The notes under the pieces: generated by a model
The model's input: only the letters and a program-made list of their open reading frames with translations
Told to the model about the DNA's origin: nothing
Databases searched by the model: none
Made by a program: the position numbers and the translations under genes
Shown: positions 21,301 through 32,793 of the stretch, one piece after another
Layout: every line of letters begins with the position of its first letter
Numbering within the stretch: the first letter of the stretch is position 1
Assembly: GCA_000708835.1 (NCBI GenBank)
Contig: DF237261.1
Coordinates: forward strand, 1 to 64,000
Length of the DNA stretch: 64,000 bases
Source: Klebsormidium nitens
Taxonomy: Eukaryota; Plantae; Klebsormidiophyceae
Direction: 5' to 3'

Positions 21301-24300
21301 ATTCGGACGCAACCCTTACCTGCACGTGCTGGATGAGGATGTTGGTCCGGAGCGGTTCGAAGGGCGTGGGCGTCCGTCAATCTCAAACGGACGTCCGAAC
21401 AAGAGAGGATCTTCCGGACGCAACCCTTACCTGCACGTGCTGGAAGAGGATGTTGGTCCGCAGCGGCTCCCCGGCCTCGCTCGGTTGGGGCACCCCGGGC
21501 GGAATGAACATCCGGCGGTAGTTGTCGAACGCGGTCGGGTTCTTGTTTAGCTTCGCGCTGAGGGCGGCCAGGAAGTCCTTCATCAGAACGCAGCCGAAGG
21601 TCGCGTATCCGCCGACGGTGACCTAAGATGCGGGGCAAACATTCAGGTCGATTTTGGAGGGTTCTGATGCTTCGGAATGTCTGTGAAGGCACAAGTTCAC
21701 AACAGCTGCAGAGATGGGTCTGGACTTACTCGAAAGTTGGCTGAAAAGCATGGGACTGGTCAATCTTCTCAAGCAAGAGGGTGAGAGAGGCAGGTGGGAG
21801 GGGAAAAAGCTGCAGCCGACGACCGGAAATTCGTGAAAGCTCTCAGACAGCTCAAACGTACCGCCAAGGTCCTTCAAAGGAGAAAAGATGCCCAAATCTT
21901 CTGAGAGCGCGAATCGATGAAGAAAAGACAAAGAACCGAGGCCTAAGAGAGTAGACACCCGGTGACGAAAAGCAATAGCAAGAAGGAAAGGAAATAACGA
22001 CGGCTCCTTGGCAAGGTTTCGTTTCTGAAGTCCTCAGAAACAGTGGAGAATGTCAGGAAAGTTGCATTAGAGAGAACGTGAAGTAAAACATGTGAACGTG
22101 GGCGCTCGGAAAGTAAAACATGTGAAAGAGTGCACTCGTTTGTGCAGGAACTCAGATGAACGGCCCGTCGTATCACGAGAATAAACCTTCGTTAAAGCAC
22201 TCTCGTACCGGTCAGAGCTGGTGCCGCCCTGGTCATAAATCTTTAGCACCACACGGTTCCGATACAAAGACTTGTGAAAAAATACTGCGTCTCACACAAC
22301 TTACAACGAGCAAGCCCCCCTCAGCAATGACCAACTGCAGGATTGTACTAGCAAACTTCACGTCGGACTACCAACTTCTGCTCACTCTGTCAGTTTCGAC
22401 CCGCACCACCTTCTCGGGTTTGATGAGCAGCGAGTAGCCCACACTGCTGTAGTCGTTGAAAATGGCCCCCGCAAACAAATAGGCGTCCGCAGATTCGACG
22501 ATCTCCGAACAATACGGGCTGCTAACCTGGGACACCAAAATCCGTTCATCAGGGATCATTGGCAGCGGAAGATGAAGCTTTTGATCGCGCAATTCGCTTT
22601 TCGGTTTTGAGTAGCCCACGCTGCTGTAGTCGTTGAAAATGGGTTCAGGTCATATTTGCCAAAAACGCCCGCAAACAGGTAAGCATCTGTGGACTCGACA
22701 AACTTTGCACAGTAGGGACTGGCTGACCTGTGGGGGGAGAGGTTCCAAACATTCGAGAAGACATTGCTATTGCAACCCGTGTGGTTACCGTCGTTGAAAG
22801 GCCCCAAAGAAAAGTCGGTGTTCGCGGTTTTAACGATGTCAGCCCAATACGGACTGTTCACCCGGCAACTTTCATAGCTCACAAAGTGCTTGCTTCTACG
22901 GGTTGGGTGCTTTTATCATGTGACTCGCTTGTTGCACATGGGACGGTCCAAAGGCGCGAGTCGGGGCATCATGTGATTGTCACTGATGCTGAGAATTACA
23001 GCCCGGAAACGGAACAGAAGTACGGTATGAGCTTGAAACCCTACCCAACTGACACGTTGTGAGAGCGGAAGCTTCGAACCCTGTCGTCCTGCACCAAATA
23101 CTTCTTTTCGGGGCATCCTAGCATCCGAGATTAGCTGCTAAGACAGCCTGCCCATATCTGACTCAAGAAGTGGAAGGGGAGAAAGTTGCTGCTGAGACAG
23201 AGTGACACAAGGGCAGGATCAAGCTTCTGCGAAGAGTAAACTATTAACTCGTAGAGAGGGAAATCTTGTTTTTGGTGGTGAAATAATCAAGCAGGCAGGG
23301 TGTCGAGTGATGATCAAACCGAGACGCAGGCAACCCTCCTCGATAAGGTGCAAGCAGGGAAAACACCCCAAAACTTGACAGATCATCTGATAGATTTGGA
23401 ACGGGGTTCTCACGTTTCCCCAGTACGTTCCGATGAAGTGCGGGTGCGACTCCGACACTTTCCCCTTGCCGTCCGGCATCATTGACACCGGATAGTCGCA
23501 CGCGTCCATTAGCTCAGCAAAGGCTTGTTCCGCCCCGGAGCAGCGGAGCTTTGGACCTGCGGCGGAACGGAACGGAATGAAATTTGAAAGTTCGCAGTCT
23601 GGTGATCCACAGGGTCTTTAAGTGCGGCAAAAAGACTGTGCTTCAAGACTTGGTTTGGAGGCTCCGACGGGAAAGTTATTCAGGGCACAAAGGTCCATCG
23701 TCACGTCAAGATGGTTCCGGTCTTAAGCAGCATTTGGATCGAGAGCAGGAGCATCGAAGAAGAAGTTATCTACGTTGACAACTGCAAGCTACCATGTCGC
23801 TCATCCGCGCAGGAGAACCGGTGGCCCTCTCTGTACCCAAGAGAATAGACGTCACTGCAATTCACGTAAGCGGTGACTGGTGCAATCTGTGGAGAAAGCC
23901 GGGCTTCATGGCTAAGCAGCGGAAACAAAAAGCTTGTCGTTTGCATACACAATTCTTGAACCACTTTTCCGCGTTGCCCAAAGCCGCTTCTGCCTATACC
24001 ATCCAGGCAACCTCTTCTGTTCCCGTGCGTCAACTGCGATCCAGCTTAGCGGTACTCAATCAACCTTTCAAGTTACCTGCGACCAAGACCGGCTTTGCAG
24101 CTCCATTCAAAAACGCCGCCGCCGCATCAATGGCCGCCTCGAGGCTCTGCTTGTTGCTTGCCTTCTTCTGGAGGGCGTATGGCACCGGGCCTGCGCATGA
24201 GCAGAACTTTTGATGAGAATACGCCCCGACGCTTTTGCGTGTTCAGGCGCGTGCTCCAGAATAGAAGACCGCTGAAAACGAACGGTGAACCGAACTGTTC

Positions 24301-27089
24301 TCATCGGACTTCTTTTAGAAAATGTTCAGCAAGGAGGTTCTCAATTCCTTCAATCGACACACGTTTGCTGGGCGCATCTCCGCACAAGAACCCCGAGAAT
24401 GCTGTAGAACCAAACTCCATCAAACTCAGAAGTCGAGGTCTGCGGATGTTTTTCCATGACCACTGACGCTGAGCTCTTGCAAGTTGGCACTGCTCCGTCT
24501 CTTATGCTTTGCTTGTCAACGATCTGTGTTGCAGCTTTCTTCTCAATTTCTGATACTGAGCTTTCGCGGATCTGACTCTCCCATCTCTAATGTTTTAGTT
24601 TACAAATCTCTTTTTCAACATTCTGAATTGCACGACGCAGGCGGCCTTCCTGAGCGCGGAGCCCGAGTGCGGCACTCCGGCGAAGATGCAGCAGACGCTA
24701 CGGGTGCATCAACCGGGGACCGCCCTTTAAATCACGGCCTTGGGGCTACACAGCATCTTACCAAGCGTCCTCCGCTCGACATTGGCTGGAACCATTCAAG
24801 AACATCGAAGCAGGCTCGAAAGGAGTGGCCGGTGGGTGGGTACTTTTAAAAAATGCAAGAGTTCCGTGTTTTGAAGCCTTGCAAACTGACAAGGAACAAC
24901 TTTTCAAAGGTAAGGAGGCGCATCTCACTGAGCGCGAAGCTTGGATGCGGCAACCCGGCGAGGTTGCAGCAGACGCTGATGTATACGGGCTTGCTCAGAA
25001 GCAGCGCCTGCGAGATGGCGTAGTCAATCTGCTCTTGGGCGCTGTCCAGGTTCGAGATAACCACCTGCCGGAGAATGATAAGACGAGGGTTAAGGTTCGA
25101 AAGTCAGATAGTATTCAAAAAGTCGAGAATTGAGGGTCACAGTTTCGTCTCGAAAGGGAGGGTTACAAGCATGGGGGATTACAAACCGAGAATCAACGGT
25201 TAAGGGTTACGGGCTTTCGTGTCCGAAAAACATCCAGATCCGAGAAGTGCCACGCTCAGCAAGGTCTTGGCTGAAGCCCTCTTGACGGTTTCTCGGAACC
25301 GGATCAGTGTGGTCCACGGTCAAGGTTCGAGTAGACTTCCTGCAACAGAATTAAGAGGGAACCTCGTGGTCGCAAGCGCACTGCCGAAATTCATGAGTTG
25401 CGAGGCTCATGAGTCATTCTGCTCGCTCCTGCCGCTACGACGACTCTCACCACCAAAAGCCAACGTAAAAAATTGGACTAAGTTGAATAAGCTCGGGACC
25501 AAGAAAACAAGGTCTGGGCGGAGTGAAAAGAAAAGGTTGACATCTGACCGCTCCGGTCTGCCGATGGAAGACTTCGATTGCGAATCAGATTGATAAGCTG
25601 TAGAAGCGCAAACAAATTTGCCTGCGTGAAGCTACTTTAGACCGAAAGTCAACAAGCTCACCTGTGCGCACGTGACCTGCTGAAAGCACTGCAGCTCCTG
25701 CCCGAAGTCCGGCAGCCCAATGGTGTGGTGCAGTATGCGCTTTGTACCATAGTCGTTGCCTGCGAATGATGAAATGCTAGGTTTCAGGGCTCCAACATCC
25801 TTTGTCGCAGACTTGTGGGTGTGATTGCTACGTTTTTGAGAATGCTCGCTTGAACTCCCCAACTGGTGACGGTCTCTGCCAGGTTCCTATGAAGAGCGGT
25901 GTTGCAGGGCTTTTTCGGGATGTCATCACCGGACAGCTGGCAGTAGTTGGCTATGAGACTTATGAGAGTAGCCATTAGTGCAGATGATAACCAGGCGCGA
26001 CTTCTGCTGAAATCTTCTGGATGAGTACTTCAGCCAAGAACAAGCACATCGTTTCTCTTCGAGTCGTCAAAACTGGTAGAGGCTGGAAAACGAAGATAAG
26101 AAAAGCGGAGGTCTCTCAAACCGGTCTGAACTTTCCGCGGCCTCCCAAACCAGGACAACCATTGAAAACTCTTTTAATGGAGAGGGCCATCTCAACGAGG
26201 CGGCTACAACAGAGGCTCGTAATAGACTCGACTCCACAACAAGCCTGTTCTGGGCGGCAGTAAACTTTCGCATGCCAAGAGGGGGGTGGGTTCGTAAGCG
26301 AAGCGCCGAGAGGGTCCCTCACTGTTCACCCCGCCAACGAGACAGATGACGGGCAGGTTCTCGCTGTACGCCCCTGCAATGGCGTTGATGACACTGAGGC
26401 CCCCCACAGTGAAAGTGACGGCACAGCACCCGACGCCTTTCGCACGGGCGTAGCCGTCCGCTGCATACCCAGCGTTGAGCTCGTTGCAGGTGTTGATCAT
26501 TCTCAACTTCGGCTCCTGGAGGATGGGATGAAAGTGCATGATATCAGGCACAATCGATCCTTTCCGGATTGAACATATCAAATACTTCTTCGTAAAACTT
26601 GCTAGGTTGATCAGGCGAAATATTGCCTGACTCCTAAAGGACACCTCATCGAAGTTATTAAAGTGATTACATATGATTGAGATTCTAGCCCCAAACAAGC
26701 TCAAGATCGACCTGTTGCACAGCTGAGTCCGTTCCCCCTCAAAAATAACACGCGAAACATTGTACATAACACATTCTAGTCGACTTTATGACCCATCCTG
26801 GGAAGAGTGTCTGGTATTTGAAGCAGTTCAGATAACCAAGTCGACGGTTAATAAGGTACCAGAACCGCTGAAGGAGCGGCTCCTCTGAAGGTCCCCGAAG
26901 CTGAGGCCTATGGGCCCCGGTTGGAGTGTCCGGGCAGTTTGAACGCCCCCAACTTACCTGCAGCAACTGGTCCAGGAGCACCAGGTTGAAGTCCCCGGGC
27001 ACAGTGAAGAATTCGGAGCAGCCAATCTCCACCAGGCGGCTCGCGATGTGGTGGCCCAGGGTTCGCTTGTGTGCGTCGACGGGCGCCAT
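18314..27089 (-). CDS. PDC: Pyruvate decarboxylase (ThDP-dependent), 12 coding exons
   Basis: Exons ~27089-26958 ([10 protein letters not shown]...[11 protein letters not shown]), 26515-26323 ([15 protein letters not shown]), 25759-25662, ~25063-24933, ~24190-24075, ~23556-23413, ~22526-22386, ~21622-21431, ~20793-20707 (AETGDSWF), ~20084-19967 ([10 protein letters not shown]...GDGSFQ), ~19163-18982 (INNDGYTIE), ~18488-18314 ([20 protein letters not shown]). Confidence 0.97.
20523..20680 (+). repeat. About 3 copies of a ~58-bp tandem repeat in a PDC intron
   Basis: CATCT(A/C)GTCA(C/A)GGAAACGCG(T/G)A(C/A)AGA.AA..GAC recurs three times. Confidence 0.8.
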
Positions 27090-29727
27090 CTTTGTGGGGG
27101 GATCGGATGTACAAATGCTCTAGTAATCTGGTCAGCCTGCAAAGAGAGACTAAGTTCAAGACTTAAGGAACAGTAATCGGAATCCAACAGCGATAGTGAT
27201 TTGATGCGGGTGAGATTGAAATGAGAGTGATGACGCAACCTGCTGGACAATAGAATCGCAGATGAGCACTGAGCTGGCAATTCCTTGCCTGAAGGTGGAT
27301 CGAAGTGATCAACCGTACGAGCAAGCTCGGCTTTCTAGTGTGGGTTGACACATTGTACAGGTGCTAGAAACGGATTTCTGTACTGGGTCAATATTTGGAT
27401 CCCATGTTGGCTCAAAGGTCTTTGGTAGGTCTTTCAGTGACAGCAAACATAGGGGGCTAAAAGGTCATTCAGTGACAGCAAAGAAAAGTCCATCAGGTCA
27501 GGACAAGGAGGGGACTGACATCTTTCGGGACCAAGTTGGGGGGAATCAAGTGGAGCTATGCAAGCTAGCTTCAACGAAGGCGGTCGGAAGTTGTGTGTAT
27601 CCCATTAGTTGAAAAGGAAAGTTAAGTCCAAATAGATGGCATTTCCAACAGCGATCAGCCACCAAAAGAAGTGGAACTTGGTTTCAGGGGGCCATGTCGA
27701 TGGTTCCATAACATGGAGCCCTGAACTGGACGAGACTCTGAATCGACACCTCTAAGCATTTGAAAACCTGAGGTGCTTAAGCAACCACCAAAGTCAAACA
27801 AAGTCAAACAAACAAACTGGGTCGCAAAACAAAGTCATTAAAGAAGGTTATCTTCTCGACCTCAAGTAACAGACTACCCAAAGTCCTCCCTCCATTGAAG
27901 CTACCCAGTTTCTCATTTTATTCTCATCTTGAGTGATGAAATCACTTAAACTGATAAGAAATGTCCCATGATACAACTACTGGATTCTTCTTCCTCAATC
28001 AGAACTTGAAGCAAGTTATCATATGCTCTATATGATGATGTTCCAGACTCACGCTTTGCGCCCAAGTTCTGGCTGAAAGAATGTAGTGATCAGCTGTTCT
28101 CAAGTCTTTTGGAAGTAATCAAAGTACCGTGCTGTCACCCTAAAGAAGATCTCTGAACTCTCACAAATGAGAGAAACATGCGGCTTGCAGAGGCCCCGGA
28201 ATTGTGTAGCACTTCTGGGGGCCCCAGTAATGTCAACAATCAAAATATCTGTGAGGGGCCTTGGGAGCGCTTGATTGTCTTGTGACCCCACAGCATTGTG
28301 TCTGATTGTGGCCCTTCACTTACGGGGACAGCATTGCATTGCTACGGACACTCTTCTTCATCTCTTTATCTCACAAAAAGTTTCTTTACCCTCTGACAGT
28401 TCATATACGAAAGTCTAACATGAACATCTCTTTGCCTTTCAAGAAATTACATAAGCCGCAGTTGCCAATGAAAGTCTCACCTGTTGTGGCACCTTTGAGA
28501 TCAGAAATTCCCCTCGATCTCCAGCTCAGAACCACAGCAGATTGATGCGGCTGCGAAACATAAGATCACTTCAAATACCTGAAGCTGAACGAGGAGGGCA
28601 TGGCTCACCAATAGCACTTTAATCAATGCTACATTTGAAACAATGGGGTCGCATGGCAGCGAAGCAGAAATGAAGCTGGTGGTATCGGAATGTGAGTGCA
28701 TGCATACGTCTCTGCAATCCTGGGGAGACGTCTTCAAGACGTCATCCTCCATGAGCATATGCATGGCTGGCGCTGCTTGGATTGAGCTGATCAATGGGCT
28801 TGAAGCTTCCTTGTAAACCCTAAAATGCAGCGTTAGGGTTTGAGCTGGTGAGAGCTGCATGTTTTGAAGAGTCTGTGGGCAGGCTCTGAACTTGAAAGTA
28901 TTCTCACACATGTGCATGCAGCAGCTGAGGAGTCTTTTCTCCAAGCAACTCTTCACGAGTTTGGGCCCCCTCTTTGCAAAGATCAGGATATCACACAAAA
29001 GCACGCTGTTGCGAGCAAGAGCTGGCATCGACGGTGGTGGTGTTTAGTTGGGAAACATTGAGGTGAGTATCCTGATCCGTTCAATGTATCTAGGACTTCG
29101 GAACCCCACTTCTCTTCATGTAAGCTGGATCTTCAGGTTATTCATGCTTGTGAACATGGTTACTCCAAAGGCAAGCAAGAGAAAGGAACAGGGGTTTGGA
29201 GAGTGTTTCAAAGTAGGGCTACTTCAGACAACTAGAGCGACAACTATCTCAGAGTCTGTTTGGAGGCCGTCCCTATCTTCAAAAGTGCACCACCATATTT
29301 CATCCTTTCTTATGATTGGGCTTCATTTATCTAAGTTCCTTTATCATGCTTGGCGTTCTATCACTCCAGTTTATGCATTTCTGCTCGTTTGACGTTTCCA
29401 GTTATGTTTGCTGTCCAGTCAGAAAGTTGGGGTCTCGGGTGCAAGATGGAGGTCAACAGTGATGACAATGACATGGATACTAAGCTTCTGATCCTAATAC
29501 AAGTTCAACTCAATCCAGCAACCCTGGTTGTTCTCCTCTTCTGGTTGTTCTCCTTTTTGAAGCATCTAACCATAGTTGCATCTGATGTTGCAAGTGATCT
29601 GAAGCACCTTGAAACAAGTCATCATACTTGACTGTGCGATTGCAGCTTTGGGAGCACTGAAAGTCTTTGCACCCTTTCTTTCCAGGGCTTGAACAATCTG
29701 TCTTGCCAGAGGCGACTCCTGCTGGTC

Positions 29728-32700
29728 ATGCTCAGCAGCGCTGTTCGGGGAGCGGCTTCCACCAGTCTCTTGGTCTTGAACTATAAGCAGCGAGCGCTTC
29801 CTAAGAGATACTGGTCAAGAGGTGTACCAAACTGGCTTCCCAGGTCCAATTGCTCCACCACAGCACAACAGAGTTTGACAGGCCACTGGTTGCTGTTCGA
29901 TTCCCTCCCTCCAAGGCCAGTCCTTCCTCCACCCCTCCTTCCCAGCTGTAAAAAGGCAACTTCAAACCTTCGCAAGCCGGGCAGTAGTGTTGCGCTCTCT
30001 TCTAAGATGGAGATGCCGCAGTCTTCAGCTGGCAATGTTCAGATTCAGGCCAATCAATCCAATGAGCCAGATCGTCCCAAAGTGATTGTTGTAGGGGCTG
30101 GTATAGCAGGCCTTGTGGCCGCTCACAAGCTCCAAAAGACGGGGCGTTTCAACGTTGTTGTTCTCGAGGGCTCCGACCGCGTCGGCGGACGCGTTTACAC
30201 CTCCATTTTCCAGGGCAAAAGGGTTGAGTTAGGCGCCCAGTGGATACACGGGATCAAAGGCAGTCCTGTGTACGCACTCGCCAAAGAAGAGGGGCTAATG
30301 GAAAGCGAAGACGACTTGGCAGCGAGTGAGGGCGACGAGTCTGAAGACGAGGAAGAATTTGACTTTGACGAGATGCTCGCTGACATCAGCGTGACGCGCA
30401 CCGAGACGGGGGGTGTGATCGACAAGGCATTGCGGCGGGAGGTGGGGCGGGTGTTCCGAAGGCTGCACAAAGCAACGGAGACAAAGGGGACGTTTCAGCG
30501 GGGGGGCGTGGAGAGCGTCGGTGAGTTCTTAGACGAGCGTTTTGAGGAGTGGCTTAGCGGAGAGCAGACTGAGGGTGGAAGTGTGGAAAAGGGCGGTGGT
30601 GAAGAGAAGAGGCAGGTTGTAGGCGGCGACGAAACGGGGCGGGGTTTGACACAAGCGCCAAAGAGAGGGCTGGGGCCTGAGGTCGCCGGTGCCGCAGTGC
30701 CAAGCTCGGGTGCGCCAACTGACACCGGCCCTGCGGAGGGGAGTAACGCCAGTGGGCAAACGCCTGGGGAGTTACGCGCCCTGAAGCGGGCCGTGTTTGA
30801 GATGCGCAAGAAGCTGGAGTGCAACATCACCGGCTCCGCTGACCTCACGCTGCTGTCGCTCGAGGCGTTCCCTGACTACTTGGAGTTCCCTGGTCCCCAG
30901 CTGCAGATTCCACGCGGTTATTCTGGGGTTGCGGAGGCGTTGCTCCGGAAGCTGTCGCCCGGGTCCGTGCGTTTTAACCAAAGGGTAAAGTGCATCAGGT
31001 GGGGTTTGATTGGAGCGGCACATGTTGACGTCAGCTCAAGTGACGTCAGCTACAAGGGAAGGGCCGAGGTCGGAGGAGGTGCACGGGTTTCGGAGAGGTC
31101 TGCCGGTGCCGAGGTCAGGTCGGAGAAGGAGGGGGTCAAGTCGGACGGTTTAGGTGACCCCGTTCGAGTGGAGTGCGACAGCGGGGACCATTTTGCGGCT
31201 GACCACGTGATTGTCACGGTGTCTCTTGGTGTGCTGAAAGAGCGCGCAGCCAGCACGCGTCCCTGCGATGCGTTCAGCAATCAATCGTCTGAAGCCGGGG
31301 AAGGTCTTGAAGCCGGGTTAGCGAACCGGGAACCCGCCCCTGAAACCTCCGGGGCAAGCGACCGGAGCTTCCAACCGAGCACTGGAGAAGAGACCGGGAG
31401 TGCCCGGAGCTTTGAACCGAGAACAGCGCTGTTTGACCCACCGCTCCCGGAGGAAAAGCGGGCAGCGATCCGGAGAATGGGCTTCGGTGTGGTGGATAAG
31501 GTGTTCGTCGACTTCGAGAAGCAGCCGCTGCCGAGGGGGTGTGGGTCTCTCGAGCTGGCGTGGTTGTCAGAGCCATCAGGTGAGTTATTGGCACGCCCAT
31601 GTGTAAATCGGCTCAGCAGGGGGTGTTGTTTCTGGTTCGATCTGATGTGCCAGGTTATCAAACGGTCTGGATCACAGCTTGTGTGTTTATCGTTCTTCAA
31701 AGCCCGCAAGATAGTTTCGATGACAGGGCTTTCGCGAAACAAACAATAGTGGCAGCGAGTCAGACGTGTCAATCTGCAAGCGTCAAATACTTCCTAAGCT
31801 TGCCACGGTGGCAGTCTGCTGAGGTGCGTGGCTTTATGACTTTGTACCGTCTTCTCAATCTCTCAAGACCGTACGTATCGTCTCCGATTGCTTCGAAATC
31901 TCTAACAAAGTCGTTCTAAATGCATAGAAGCTTTTCCGTTGAGCTCATCGGGCTCAGCGAGACTTCGTTGCCTGCTATGCCTTTAGCTACATCGGGCTGC
32001 TTAGCCCTTTTCTGGCCGCGTTTGGTAGACAGTCAATCCGCAGTTCCGAAGCAGCTTGGTCGTTCAACCTCGACCTGTTTCCAGCCTGACGGCCATTTCT
32101 TGATCCATTGTCGGAGCTCCGGTTCAAACGTGCCTCGGACTTGTTGCATTGTGCTTTCACTCCTTAAACCTGGTTTCATAACGTTATGCAGATTCTGAAC
32201 CGTCCCATTCCGAGTGGGTGCGAGGCCTGTTCTCCTTTGGAACACCAAACGGGCTGCCCAAGTCCGTCATGTGTTGGGTCAGTGGGCAAAACGCCCTCGG
32301 AATGGAACAGCTTCCTCCCAGCACGATCGCCGACGACGTCGTGAGTACACTACGACGGTTGCAAGGGGACACGACGGTACCCACCGTTGCTGACGTGGCG
32401 CACAGCAACTGGGCGACGGATCCTCTGTTCAGGGGTTCCTACTCGTACGTGGCCGTCGGGTCGAGTGAGGAAGATATCCACGAGCTAGCCCGGCCCTTGC
32501 CGTACCTGCAAAATTTGAAGGCCGTAGATGTGGCCAGTTTTGGCGAACGTCTTTCTTTGGACAACGAAGGTGCGGGTAGCACGGAGGAGAAGAGGCAGAG
32601 AATTATAGGGCGTCAGGATGAGAGCGGAAAAGAAGAGGGGATTGAAGAGACGGCGCGGGCTTCGAGAATTCTTTTTGCTGGTGAGGCCACGCACCCACAC

Positions 32701-32793
32701 TATTACTCGACCACGCATGGGGCGTGGTTGAGTGGTTTACGGGAAGCGGAACGGATCATGAAAGCTTACAGGATTCAAGCCGATGATCCATGA
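29728..32793 (+). CDS. PAO: Flavin amine oxidase, PAO5/spermine-oxidase-type polyamine oxidase; 2 coding exons
   Basis: Exon 29728(or 30007)-31579: VIVVGAGIAGL, EGSDRVGGRV, ELGAQWIHG, FAADHVIVTVSLGVLK, LFDPPLP..K..AI..MGFGVVDKVF. Exon 32192-32793: W..DPLFRGSYSY, LFAGEATHPHYYSTTHGAWLSGLREA. Phase-1 intron 31580-32191. Confidence 0.92.

Noticed and set aside
27685-27723. CAGGG...CCCTG hairpin as a mini-MITE (similar one at 33742-33777)
   Set aside because: No target-site duplication, and too short to support.
27760-29640. Degenerate transposase between PDC and PAO
   Set aside because: No convincing DDE or dimerization motifs in any frame; scattered splice signals suggest UTR exons instead.
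18314-32793. PDC and polyamine oxidase as a functional gene cluster
   Set aside because: Only divergent adjacency; no shared pathway or regulatory evidence in the sequence.
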